From NCBI RefSeq assembly GCF_902459465.1, contig NC_047074.1:14012001-14076000 (forward strand): 64,000 nt of DNA, read 5' to 3'. The stretch is from Asterias rubens. Its lineage: Eukaryota. The translations under genes and the position numbers were made by a program. Position 1 is the stretch's first letter. Each line of letters starts with the position of its first letter. The notes beneath the pieces were generated by a model. That model ran no database searches. It was not told where the DNA came from and saw only the letters and a list, made by a program, of their open reading frames with translations. Below are positions 51,101 to 64,000 of this stretch, piece by piece.

Positions 51101-54100
51101 GTGATTACCGTTCACATTTGTATTTATGTTAATGCAAGTTCGCCTCAAGCAAGGCTTAAAGCCATTCTTGCTAAGGGGCTGCAAGAAGAAGTTATGTAAG
51201 ATGGAGTACGTGGGAATAAAGCTGTTGGACTGGCTCATTGTTCTACATCTCAGCAAATCAAGAGTGTATTGGTGAGAAGAAGTAGAAAGCTTGGTTTTAT
51301 GCTCAATAGGAGGAACACGCTCGAACACACTGGTTGTTCATTAATAGCATGAAAGTATCTGTAGAAATGACAGAGGCTGGCTACATTGTCCCTTATTAAA
51401 AACGGTGACAAAATGTCGGACCAATAGACAATTTGTTCAAGATTTATTTGATTGAACTACCACATGCATAATTATTGTGTTTTATCCATCTTGTAAGCTG
51501 ACCCTTTTGCTTCTTTCTCTTTCCTCCCATGATCAGGTCCGTCTTCCCTATCCATCGAGGGTTCTCAAACAGCATCTGAGAGTGATAGGAGTACAATAGA
51601 CACCTTAGAAACAGGAACGATGTCTGAAGACAATAACAAAGATCAAGAGATGAGGAGAGAGGAGGAGATTCTACTTCATCCCATGGAAAGAGCTGCAAAG
51701 ATAAGAGAAGCTCTCAAGGTATATGAAGTGATTCGCTTACACTCAAGAACCCCCCCCCACATCTCCATATTAGTGATCATTGACCAAGTTTTTTACCCTA
51801 ACTCCAGTGTGTTTAAGGACTATAGAGCCTGGACTTCCTGCACACATCAACTTTTGATATGATGAAAGGGGCACATCTCAAAACTTGTCCAGCTTTAACT
51901 TAGATAGATAGATAGATAGTTTATTTCTTTTTACATTTGTGGCCAACGGCCAATACATACAAAAAAGTACATAAACAAAATTATTTTCATAATTCTTGGA
52001 TTTATGTGGAAATTATGACACAAAATGTAAACTTTCCCATATGACCTGTGCAGTATTGTGCCTGCCAGAATACTCAAAGAATGTACAAGGTCACACTTAT
52101 TGTAAACAAAGTTCACATGGACTATACAGTGCTTAATATTCACTGGTGTTATGTAAACATTCAAATTATTGTAAGGGTTTATTGAATGAATGAATAGTGT
52201 ATTTATTTTATTGTTTTTGATGTTTTTACTTCAGATGCCGGATGTTGAATCACAGAAGAAAACACAGCAAGAGATAATGGCCAAGGAAGACTCTCAGCGC
52301 CTACGACTTGCCGAGCAACAGCTGCAGGACCATATAGATCACAGAGACCATCTACAACTGCTGCAGGATAACCTGCTGCAGCGACAACTCATGCTGCAGC
52401 AGCAGGTAAAAGAGCAAGAACTGCAGCACAGAATGCAGCTTCAGGCGCAGCAGCAAGACCACGTCCAGCAGGAAGCTGCTTTGTGGAGCAAAGACCTGCA
52501 GGAGAAACATGAGATGGTGAAGCAGCAGATTGAGCTCGATAGCCAGCGCCGGCAGCAGCAGTTGGAACAACAAGGGTTTGCTCAGCAGCAGGCAGTATTG
52601 TGGAAAAAAGAGCTGCAGAAAAAACAGGACATGATAAAAGAACAGATTGAGATGGATCGACAACGGCGAGAGCGCAAGGAACAGCTGCAGTTTGAGAAGC
52701 AGCAAGAGGGATATCGGACAGACACCAGGGCAGCGGAGCAGGAATCGCTTCGACTGCACCGTGAGCCAAATCAGGATCCTTATGCACTCACCCAAAACCA
52801 GCAGAGTTTGAATCAACAGCAGCATGATCAACAGCAGCATGACCAACAGCAGCATGATCAACAGCAGCATGATCAACAGCAGCATGATCAACAGAATGAT
52901 GTCACTCACTATCACGACCTCCCTGAGAACCTACTTCAGAATCAAAACCAAACTCTCGAACAACAACACTCCTCTAAACAACATCAGAGCCCATCACGAG
53001 AGGTCGGTCTCATTCCCCACAAAGTAGACCTAAACAGCCTTGACTATCGAAGGACTGACCCCATGGGAGTTCAAGTAGCACCCAAACCTTTTCTTCAAGA
53101 AGCGCCCAGTAGTTTTCAAAGTGAGACGCTACCAGAAAGCCATCCTATTTATCGTCCATCTGACTCTACTTCCTATCCAATTCCTCTAAGCAAAATACAT
53201 CAGGGACACAGTATGGAATGGCAACGCCTCCACGGACATGACCCTCAAGGAATGCCGACCTCCAGTCAGGGACATGACCCCCAAGGAAAACTGGTGCCGA
53301 CTCAGGCAGACAGAGACCACATCCAACTGCCGAGCCGTGACACATTACAAGAAGCTCAGCGCAGTCTTCAGCAGCGACGAGAACGACTCATGAAGGAGTA
53401 CCCGGAGCTTCAGCTTCCGCCATACGACCCATACATCATTGATGATACGCCGACAGGACCCACATCACATACCCTGCCGTATATGATGATACACCCTGGG
53501 GAGCAAACAGTGAGGGATCAAGTAGTGGCTGCTGCGAATCTACCAGGGAGAGGTGGCGCCATTCCTGAGGTGGACTTTAATGACAATGTTCTCAGAGCAA
53601 GTAAGGCTACTCTGGATACAGGATCGACTTCTGCTAAAGGTAAAATCTTAGATTGGTTGTTGTTAACATAATCATAATGCTGATTTATTGGCAACATTTT
53701 CGAGAAAAATTACAAGCAGAACTGATGATTATCTTAAGTGTGGAATGTGTTGGTAGTGGACTGAATAGATGAGTTGCACAAAGCATCATCGACCCCCATA
53801 TTTGATGATAAACAATGACGTCATGTACAATCCAACTATAGGGATCATGGCTTTTGTCAGATTACAGCAGTACCTCATTACCATCCTATGAAATGAAGAT
53901 GACCCATGTTAGTTTGATTGTATACATCTACATTTACATGGGATTAAAACAGTTAAATGGTTCCAAAAACCAAAGGTATAAAATCATTAATACAGGTGTA
54001 ACGGATTCCTTCATACCAACAGGTGCACCAGGGATGGGGACCGGTGTATCCAGAAGTACTCAAGGCACAATCAGCGAGGCATCAAATGTAATGATTTCAT

Positions 54101-57100
54101 CTTCAGCGTGGACCGGTCCATCCGTGATGACGAAGGGTCTAGTCACAACAGCTGACTTATCCACAATGAGACCAGGCACAACTACAGAGGGCGCTGTAAC
54201 ATATCCACAATCAGCTAATGTGGCTATGCCATCCATTGCCAAGCTCCCCTCTGGTACTTCTTCTCCACAAGACATGATTGATCTGTCTTCAAGGAGAGAT
54301 GATCGCTCTCCCCTCAGCCAAATGGAAAGGTATCTAGCACAGTTTGTCAGCAAATCATTTCTAAAAATTCTAGAAATGTTCTAGAAATGTTCTAGAAAAA
54401 AAAGAAGGTTCCTGTTGGCACACGCTTGCAATCCATTGGACTGCCAGATCGTTCCACTGGACCCCAAGAAAAACTTGATGTAGATTAACCAAAATGTTCT
54501 TACTTTTTTTGTCCTCCAGGCAACTTGAGCAGCATCGGCAGATTTTATTGAAAACTCGCCAGCAACTGCAGCAGGAACAGCAGCAACAACAGCAAAGAAT
54601 CTTAGACAAACAGAGGGTGTTGGCACAGAGGATAGAACAGCAGAGACTAGACCAGCTGATTAGACACCAAACCACACAGTCACTAGCACAGAATGGGATG
54701 ATGTCATCAAGTGTAGGTACACAAGGAGTTGCGACATCAGAGCAGAGACAAGATCAACTGAGCAGAACCCGCACACAGGATGCGGTGTCACAGTCACGAG
54801 CACAGAATGTGATGATGTCATCAAGTGTAGGTGCACAAGGAATTGTGACATCACGGCAAGATGAGGTGATGTCACATCAGGGATTGATGACATCACAAGT
54901 GTCACCACAAGATGTGATGACACAGCGTGGAGGTGCAATTGCATTGGGAAGGCATGGAGAGACGTTATCGGAAACACGTGAAGAGCCCGAAAACGCGAAA
55001 CCAAAACCCTTCAAACAAAGTCAGTCCATTTCATCGGACACTGATGCAGCTTCTGTTAGAGACCAAATTAACTCCTTATCCATCGGCGCTCCTTCTTACA
55101 AACTCCCGTCGATTACTTTTGGAGAATCCATGTTTCAGTATCGACCCCTGCATGGAATGAGCGATGAATCGCCGCTAGGCTCCGACAGACCGCTAGTTTT
55201 CCATGAGTTGTCTCCGGAGAGTAGTGAGAATCTCACTGGAGAACATCTTGAAGATGTTAGTAACATCTCTGAAGATGATGAGACCAGAAGAACGGAGCCG
55301 GTGCGGCAAGACTGGAAAACTATTTTAGCATCTCACCCTCAACCAACGCCCGTCCAACATCACCAGCCCACTTTGCAATCTTCAAGACCCCTACACGCAA
55401 GGCACCCCAAACCTCCTCCCGCTCCTCTAAGACTTCCCCAGACCCTTCCAGAAGCTGCTCCTCATGAGCTGAGTACAATCATTGAGGCAGAGTCTCCTGC
55501 AGCAGATCACATCTTAAGAAACTACCCTTCGTCGTCCCTGATTGCGTCAACTCCACACAAGACAAGTCCTCCTTACGGTGACTCTCAGAGAGCAAGTGAT
55601 GCAGCAGCTCGCCCCTTCCTCCCGGATTACTCCCGACTCACGGAAGAAGGTAGCCAGACACCTCAGATGGCATTCACGGTAGATGAAGTTATCAGCAAGT
55701 ACACTGGGCATCTTGAAGAGCCACATCAACATCATCATGTAATCGCATCAACGATTCCAAGTTTTGCTGAAGACGTTGGACACGGAGTCCTCACTTATCC
55801 TGCGTCAAAAGTGAGTTTTTTAATCTTGTCCATGTTACCTTTTTTGGTATAAACGGATACCTGCAAGGGTAGAGGTTGATATTGTGTATGAAAGCCTTTA
55901 GAGCGCCATGGCAACCCGGGGCTGTGTACTCCTAAGGGAGTTGATAAAGATTATAGAAATTTTATTTCAGGAATGCCCAATTACCAGGGCACTACTGTAA
56001 AGCGCATTGATACGGTTTATTGTAAAATGTGCTCTATAAGAAATAGTTATTATTATTATTCAACAAGTTGGACATGCAAATAAATTGAGTTGACTGAAAT
56101 AATTTGAGTGGACTGAAATAGTTTGAGTTGATGCCCATAAATCTTACTGGGTTTAGGGATTGAGTTTGAATGATAACGATTTCCGGTCTTTTTTTCCCTA
56201 CCAGATATTATCAACTGGTCCAATCCCCTCAGTTCCACAGCCCCCCTCGTCAGCGGCAGTCTATCACACATCTCACGTCCCTACCCCACCAGTCATCCAA
56301 ATCACATTTCCATCTACCAACAATGAGGGCGCTTCACCTTCAGCAGACTCTCAGTACTCTTCCTCGGTCTCACCATTGAGTGATCACACACTCAGACAGA
56401 CTCGGGACTCATCTGACAACTCACTACTCAGCGAAGGATCCGTTGAGAAGTTCCTCGCTCTCTCGGCGTCAGAGGGTTTCACCTCTGGTTCTATATCGTC
56501 GACCAGTGCCAGGTACCAACCACATGTTGTAATCGGTGAGAAACGCAGTCCTATTGTGAAGGACTTTGTGCTGGATGTTTCTTCAGTAAGTGGATGGGAA
56601 AGTTCGGTTCAACCAACAAGAACGGATGAACCAAACGTTTCTGGAAACACAACGAGGCCAAGACAGAGCCTGGAATCTCAAGAGTATAGTCTGGCGCCCG
56701 TGTCTCCGCAGAGTACCTGGACTGATATGGATACGCAGAGTGGTTCGTATCTCAATAACGAGGTACCAGTCTTACCGATGTACAGATCAGATATACCCAA
56801 GAATGGCATGCCGATGTTTTCTGATGTATCATTTAGTTATGGTAATACCTCATTTGACAGTGGGCAGAGTGTACGGCCTCCATCTGATGTGGGTCTTGCT
56901 CGTCTACCAAAAGTGCAAAGTCTACCTGAGGTTGAGAATGTGCCCGGATTTAATAGTGGTGTCTCCCCACAGGGAGGCTCTGAACAATGGTACGTGCCAC
57001 AGCACAGCTTAGATACTTCTGAATTTCAACAGCTGGGAAGGGGTGCCACTCCTCAAGAAAACCCTGATGACACTACTCCAAGACGAGACAAGAAAGTTGA

Positions 57101-60100
57101 CTCAGGGATGGTTTTAAGAGCAGAGGTTGATGGGAAGGATGATTATTCGTCCAAACTGTCGTACGCCGGAGCTCTCCGTGAGGAATCCCATGATGCAATA
57201 TTTTCATCTGATGACACACTACAAGAAGCCATGAGGAATATTGAACAAAGTGAAAGTGAGACGTCAAAGGTAAGTCATTCCCTTTGAAATATTGAAAGTT
57301 AGGGTCATAGATTGGTTTTTGTTTTTGTCAATGTAATAATAAATCTTATCAATAATAATAAATCTTATAAAGCGCTGGTATCTAGAAAAAACAAATAATG
57401 ACTTTTGTAGGCAAATTTATCAATTGTATTGTATTGTATTGTATTTTATTTCAAAAGTGTAACAAACCCCATAAAGATACAATTAAGTTTCAGCTGAAAA
57501 CTGTCTTCTTGCTAGGAAAACTTGGACAAAACTCAATTCATTTTTACATGAACGTCGCACCAGGGGCCGATTTCACAAAGATCTCAAATTGATCGTAACT
57601 GCAAATCAATCGCAGTTGCTAAGTAAAGTGTTATGTCACAATACAAATCACTATGGTGATACTGAAAATTTGTCTTGCGATGAATTTTATTGCTTTGTGA
57701 AATCGGCCCCAGCTGCATTTAGCGAGCTGACAGTGGGCACCAACCTTATCTCTGTCCGCAGCATTTGCACAAAAAAACGACACCAACCCCGAGTAATCTG
57801 AGAAACGTCTCATGCAGTCATTTCTCAGACTCAAATGTTTTGGGTGAAACATTTTCCAAACCATGTTGGAAGGGAATCCTTCCTCAAAAGAGTGCAGACT
57901 AGTACAAAGAAAACTCAGGAGCCAAATCCGATATTATTTTTCTATGAATCAATATTTTAATTTCTTATTTACCTGATGGCTGGAAAGCACTCTGACTGTA
58001 ATTCGGATTAAAGTCTTGATTTCTAACATCGGAAAATCCTGCATTTCAGGAAACGGGGATCATCGAGGAGCCGGATCTAACTCTCGTCTCTCTCAATACA
58101 ACGATGACATCATCTGTTGCCCCTGACGACAATGACATCATCAACGAGGAGATGAAACTGAGACAGTGGGAATTAGACAACATCGGCAGTGATTCTCTCT
58201 CATCGTTCCTACATCATGAGGAAGAGTTATCATTGGAGAGTCCAGCTAGAACTGGTTCAGACCGGTCAGGAGTGGATGGATCCGGTCTGTTACTTGATAA
58301 AGATCAAGTTCTGCTTACCACTGGTGAGTATGAGTTGAAGATGCATTTTGAAAATTGCACCCGGGTATGTGGTTCCATAGAAATATTTTATGTGCTTGGG
58401 TTGTCCAGAGGCTTTTTCCTACGTGGCAACTTTTACAGGCAACCGGAGATAAAGCTGTTGATCCCGTGTGTTGTGTAATGCACATAAAAGAACCCAGTGC
58501 ACTTATCAAAAAGAAAAGGGGTTTGCCCTGGTGTTCCTGGTTTGATTGGCTGCATATTGCGCCACAGCACCTTGAAAACCCTTACATGGTTCTATGTAAA
58601 TGGAGTCATTTCATTCATTCAGCCGATGTGGAGCATTGGATGATGGCCCCTAAAATGTTGCTAACAAGGATCCTTAAAGGCAGTGGACACTATTGGTAAT
58701 TGTCAAAGACTAGCCTTCACAGTGCATGTATCTCAACATAAGCCTAAAATAACAAACCTGTGAAAATTTGAGCTCAATCGGTCATCAAAGTTGCAAGATA
58801 ATAATGAAAGATGAAAACACCCTTGTCACACGAAGTTGTGTGCGTTTAGATGGTTAATTTCGATACATCAAGTTCTAAATCTGAGGTCTCGAAATCAAAT
58901 TCGTGGAAAATTACTTCTTTCTCAAAAACTATGGCACTTCAGAGGGAGCTGTTTCTCACAATGTTTTATACCATCAACCTCTCCCCATTACTCGTCACCA
59001 AGAAAGGTTTTATGCTAATTAATTATTTTAAGTAATTACCAATAGTGTCCACTGCCTTTAATAATTAAATAAATATGAAAGATTTTATAGGTTTAAGTGA
59101 TACAAAATGGTATCATTGATGATGTCTGCTTCATATGAATGTTGTTTTTTCAAAAAATACTGTCGTACAATGATTGTCCTTTTCACAGAATAAACATTCA
59201 TTTGACCTTTATCTTGTCATTGCCCAGACACTTCACAAGAGAGCGCCACCACACTGCAGGAGGCGTTTCTCCGTCACAAAAAGTCCTTCATCAAGTCATC
59301 TCACTCGCGACAGCAAGAGGTCAAAGTTCGCACTGAGAACCAACAAGCCACTGCATTCTCCCAGACACTAGATAACTGGAAGCGGTCGAGAGGCGGGAAA
59401 GTTCAAAGGTCAACAAAACCAAGAACAGGTGAGACATAACTGGTTCCCCCGTCTCTGTGATACTCGTGACTAGATTCTATGGGCTGTTTCAGAATATTTG
59501 TTTTGAGTGCAAGTGAAAAGGTCATAATTTAATGACGTATAGTCGTTTTGATAAAAGCCTGGTTCATACTTCCTGAAAATGTGTAGCGAACTTTGAAGTC
59601 AAGTGGCTGTTTCCTCAGCAAATATTACGCAGGAGTTGAACACAGTTGCGAATTATTTGTTGGAATTTGCAACGTCAAAATTCATATTGTGACAACATTC
59701 GCATTCGCAAGAAGTATGAACCAAGCTTTAGCCTTAAAAAAGGACTCTGCTATGGTCAAAATGTCAGGCCATTACAACTATTTTTTGCAATAATGCCATA
59801 GGTCATTTTGGGTTGGTAAGCAGTTTGCAAAAGCTAACTCTATTTACTTTGATTCGAATATCATCAAAAATCAAATCAAGAATGGATCAAAAATTCTTTT
59901 TTTCTTACAACGTACATGTACTTACCATTATTTGAAATGTGTCTTCAAACATATTGGGATTTTGATGAAAATTGCACTTGAAGGTTTCAAATTGGCATTT
60001 AACACAATTTGAACGTGAGGTTAGAGACTTGTTATTTGGTTTACATCCTCATAAGGACTCTACCCATTGGAAAAGGAGTAGATCACAAAACTGAATTCAA

Positions 60101-61019
60101 CCATTTCTTTAAACATACCCTGATGCAAAATTCGCGTCTGAATTGGTTTTGTTTCAGCATCAAGTCCCTCTAAAGGACCAGCTGTTAAAGGTCAAAGGTC
60201 AGCTGCCAAAAGGTCATCTCAAGAAGCTGCTGGGTCAATAGGTCAGAGGGCACAGACCAAGGATATCTCTAAGACTGTCACAGCGTCTGGTCGATTGTCA
60301 GCGGAGAAAGAAATGTACAAGAGAAATGTCCGGTAGGTGTTTCGACTAACAAATATTTCTCAACATCCGATATATATGAATATGTCCCATTGTGCATGAG
60401 TAAACAGGTGTAACGTTCTTCCCAATTTAGGCTGTTTAAAAAACTAAAAATCCCCTTGGAAAAATTGTAAATAAATCTTGAATTTTTTTTTCACAAAATC
60501 TTGAAATATAGCCTGAAATGTCTAGTAATACCTACATCACGTGTACATGGTGGTCAGTACTCAATGAAACCAAATAAGAATGTTTTTCATTTGTGCAATA
60601 GTGAGAATAGTTTAATTTGTTGAAAGAAGGAATGTTCCATTCAACTCATCTTTCAACCCACGAGCATATTCGCACCATTGCACTCATAATGTAGATATCC
60701 ATTATTTGTATAAAGAATAGAATATTGAGTGACGAAGATTTGTACACACCATTATAAAAGGGCTGGTGTTGAAGATTTTGTGTTGATACTGTCATGAACA
60801 ACCAAGGTACGAGACAATTTTGGGATATTTAAATTTTTTAAATTTCTGCTTTGAATTATTTGCAGATTATACAATCAGCTGGAGGAGGTCCAGAAACAGA
60901 AACTGACCAAAGATCGGCAGAAAGATTACGCCGCCAATCGCCAAAGAAGGAAAGAATTCGAGCAGAAACTTCACTCACGTCTTCAGAAACTTACAAAGTC
61001 TTCTAAACCAACAAGTTGA
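45149..61019 (+). CDS. CEP295: Centrosomal protein 295 (Ana1/KIAA1731 ortholog): join(45149..45262,45833..46033,46574..46780,47406..47531,48012..48236,48868..48967,49990..50544,50960..51100,51537..51718,52235..53639,54023..54329,54520..55810,56205..57269,58050..58323,59228..59428,60158..60332,60866..61019); 6723 nt, 2240 aa
   Basis: The N-terminus RLSPNEEAALIKEEKAKRRKLRIQQVREQERNFA, DARLAAQEE, LEQAFEDMY, LLHPMERAAKIR, GIIEEPDLTL, and the ALMS motif (TLQEAFLRHKKSF...RLYNQLEEV...YAANRQRRKEF) match recalled CEP295. All introns are GT-AG with consistent phases. Confidence 0.93.
46426..46465 (+). ncRNA. Minimal type I hammerhead-like motif (Penelope-associated type) in repeat family C
   Basis: CTC-CTGAAGA-C-AATCAG(AGCATA)CTGGTT-GAAA-C-G-TT-GAG: stem I, CUGANGA core, stem II, GAAA and a minimal CG stem III. 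Confidence 0.5.
50130..50489 (+). repeat. Coding 30-bp repeat x12 in CEP295 exon 7 (xRLPR[RQ]IDEE)
   Basis: GCAAGGTTGCCAAGACAGATAGATGAAGAG-type units, in frame. Confidence 0.92.
52814..52888 (+). repeat. Coding 15-bp repeat x5 (QQQHD) in CEP295 exon 10
   Basis: CAACAGCAGCATGA[TC] x5. Confidence 0.92.
57561..57712. mobile_element. PIF/Harbinger-like MITE with CAG target-site duplication
   Basis: CAG|GGGCCGATTTCACAAAG...CTTTGTGAAATCGGCCC|CAG with a perfect 17-bp TIR. Confidence 0.8.
58674..59061. mobile_element. MITE family A, copy 5 (CEP295 intron)
   Basis: Perfect TIRs AGGCAGTGGACACTATTGGTAATT / AATTACCAATAGTGTCCACTGCCT with TTAA on both sides. Confidence 0.85.
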
Positions 61020-61106
61020 TGTAAAATGGGCGTCGTAAATCAAATTATAAAATAGTACATGTGAGAAATGTAAAATAACAAATTTTAATAGAGTAGTTTG
61101 TATATT

Positions 61107-62628
61107 TGAAAATGGGCCAAAATGGATAAAATCACAAGGGGTAAGCCTTGCATTTTTGTTGAAAATAGGCCCAAAATTGATAAAATCACAAGGGGTAAGC
61201 CTTGCAGTTTTGTTGGAAATGGGCCCAAAATTGATAAAATCACAAGGGGTAAACCTTGCATTTTGTTGAAAATAGGCCCAAAATTGATAAAATCACAAGG
61301 GGTAAGCCTTGCAGTTTTGTTGGAAATGGGCCCAAAATTGATAAAATCACAAGGGGTAAACCTTGCATTTTTGTTGAAAATGGGCCAAAAATTGATAAAG
61401 TCACAAGGGGTAAACCTTGCATTTTTGTTGAAAATAGGCCAAAAATTGATAAAATCACAAGGGGTAAGCCTTGCAGTTTTGTTGGAAATGGGCCCAAAAT
61501 TGATAAAATCACAAGGGGTAAACCTTGCATTTTTGTTGAAAATGGGCCAAAAATTGATAAAGTCACAAGGGGTAAACCTTGCATTTTTGTTGAAAATAGG
61601 CCAAAAATTGATAAAATCACAAGGGGTAAGCCTTGCATTTTTGTTGGAAATGGGCCCAAAATTGATAAAATCACAAGGGGTAAACCTTGCATTTTTGTTG
61701 AAAATGGGCCAAAAATTGATAAAATCACAAGGGGTAAGCCTTGCATTTTTGTTGGAAATGGGCCCAAAATTGATAAAATCACAAGGGGTAAACCTTGCAT
61801 TTTTGTTGAAAATGGGCCAAAAATTGATAAAGTCACAAGGGGTAAACCTTGCATTTTTGTTGAAAATAGGCCAAAAATTGATAAAATCACAAGGGGTAAA
61901 CCTTGCATTTTTGTTGGAAATGGGCCCAAAATTGATAAAATCACAAGGGGTAAACCTTGCATTTTTGTTGGAAATGGGCCCAAAATTGATAAAATCACAA
62001 GGGGTAAACCTTGCATTTTTGTTGAAAATAGGCTAAAAATTGATAAAATCACAAGGGGTAAGCCTTGCATTTTTGTTGAAAATGGGCCAAAAATTGATAA
62101 AATCACAAGGGGTAAACCTTGCATTTTTAATGAAAATAGGCCAAAAATGGATAAAATCACAAGGGGTAAACCTTGCATTTTTGTTGAAAATAGGCCAAAA
62201 ATTGATAAAATCACAAGGGGTAAACCTTGCATTTTTGTTGAAAATAGGCCAAAAATTGATAAAATCACAAGGGGTAAACCTTGCATTTTTGTTGAAAATA
62301 GGCCAAAAATTGATAAAATCACAAGGGGTAAGCCTTGCAGTTTTGTTGAAAATGCGCAAAAAATTGATAAAACCACAAGGGGTTAGGCTTGCATTTTTGT
62401 TGAAAATGCGCAAAAAATTGATAAAATCACAAGGGGTTAGGCTTGCATTTTTGTTGAAAATGCGCCAAAAATTGATAAAATCACAAGGGGTAAACCTTGC
62501 ATTTTTGATGAAAATGGGCCAAAAATGGATAAAATCACAAGGGGTAGCATTTTTGTTGAAAATGGGCAAAAAATTGATAAAATCACAAGGGGTAGACCTT
62601 GCTTTTTTTTTTAAATGGGCCAAAAATT
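61107..62628. repeat. 54-bp tandem array (~28 units) immediately downstream of the CEP295 stop
   Basis: Unit AAAATTGATAAAATCACAAGGGGTAAACCTTGCATTTTTGTTGAAAAT[AG]GGCC[AC]; it yields the periodic 18-aa ORFs in the track. Confidence 0.97.
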
Positions 62629-64000
62629 AATACATGCATATCAACATTGCCAATATTTATTACAATTTAATTACAAGTTATTAGCAAAACCAATACATGA
62701 TTGTTCAAGATATAACATTAAAAGCAGTTCAGGAAAAATAGAGAACAAAAAGACGCTGGAAATATTATAAGATTGTTTCATGATCTAATATAGCTCATAA
62801 TATCAGGTAGAAATCTACTACATTTTTATGCTAAAATGTAAAAATAATTTGGTTTTATATTATTTAACATTTTATGTAAATAGCAAGGTTGAGGTTGGAA
62901 GTTTGTATAAAGTTTTAATATTTGTGACCTTGAATAAAGTTTACGTAGCTATTCCTTTGTGCCAACTTTGAAGATGTCTCAAGACTCAAAATTCTAACAT
63001 CACATTGTACTAAAGTATAAGGAGCTCTTATGACGAGCAAACTACATGTATTTGGTGACCTTTTTGTTTACACTTCACTATTACATAGTAAATAACAACA
63101 AAAATTAAAGTCTCATGATTGGATTAAGACATTCACAATTTCATATTTTCACTGGACATAAAATTCTTTATGCTTTTTTTTTTTTTTTTTAAGTTTTAAA
63201 AACTATTTTGAGCACATTATTCGAGAGAGAGAGAGGAAAAAAAAACAGTTTATAGCCTAACGTTTCGACCCTTGCAGAGTCTTTTTCACAAAACCCAAAC
63301 ATACTGCATTTTTCTTTCTAATAAAAGGAGTTTGAATGATTTCATACATATATCTAAAATAATATAACAATTCTTCAAGAACAAAATTTCAGTGTGTACT
63401 TCAAAGTCACCATTCAAACTAATGTGATAATAATAATACAAAAATAATTATTATTATTATTTAAAAAAGGTATATTTATGGCGCCTCATATAGTCATCCA
63501 CAAAGTGACCATCTTATTTCAAACAGAATCATTCTTCAGAGGAAACATTGACAGCTTCCACTGCAACTTCACACAAATCTTGACTTTCTTTCCATTACTT
63601 CAGTTTCCTTTTTTAAGGATTAATTGACTTTCATACGTCCAGCAAGAAAAAAAGAAAAGGTCCTACATGTACAAGGCGAGCTATTCAATAAACAAGATAA
63701 CAGTTTTGTGATATATCACTAGTTATCACACAAGTGGCAAGCAGAAATTTTCCCGCTAAGCACATTTAAGCAGGATACCATTTACATTGTGTACATGTAT
63801 AGCTGTATTTTAGCTGGTAACGTTAATCGGGTTAGCATAATTTGTCTGTGCTTAGCAACTTTTTATGCTTAAGCAGTTCCATGAAACTGAGCCCTAGGGG
63901 TTAGTTCATTGAAACACTTTGTTTATAGAAACTGGGATCACAGTATTAATTTGAAATTGTTGCCACTTACCTAAAGAAACAAATGCTACTAAACCAAAAA

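Noticed and set aside
49991-55004. Minus-strand ORFs over CEP295 exons (49991-50541, 52352-52915, 54660-55004)
   Set aside because: They are antisense shadows of repetitive or Q/E-rich coding sequence.
61107-62628. CRISPR-like appearance of hairpin-containing repeats (also the 108-bp array at 32395)
   Set aside because: Units are contiguous with no unique spacers, there are no cas genes, and the context is eukaryotic.
61122-62630. Long ORFs of 196-378 aa on both strands
   Set aside because: They are translations of the 54-bp tandem array (18-aa period) that lacks stops in several frames; there is no unique coding sequence.

Overview
Intron-rich eukaryotic (metazoan) genomic DNA. The repeat content and gene set suggest an invertebrate deuterostome, possibly a sea star; this is inference. 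Four spliced genes were reconstructed by hand with GT-AG sites and consistent phases. (1) The last 5 exons of PCCB (+, <1-3385). (2) A TMEM255/FAM70-like four-TM gene on the minus strand (10057-17352, probable first exon near 18684-18880), which the ORF track shows only as fragments. (3) A complete DZIP1/Iguana gene (+, 19754-40250, 20 coding exons, 1001 aa), head-to-head with the TMEM255-like gene. (4) A complete CEP295 (+, 45149-61019, 17 coding exons, 2240 aa). Introns and intergenic DNA are dense with MITE-like elements (Kolobok-, PIF/Harbinger- and piggyBac-like), tRNA-derived SINE fragments, a LINE remnant and tandem arrays. The most unusual observations are: a DZIP1 exon whose acceptor half and donor half are each tandemly multiplied; two repeat families carrying Penelope-type minimal hammerhead ribozyme motifs; candidate splice switches at both termini of the TMEM255-like protein; and a 54-bp hairpin array just downstream of the CEP295 stop. 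No prokaryotic features (CRISPR, rRNA, operons) are present.
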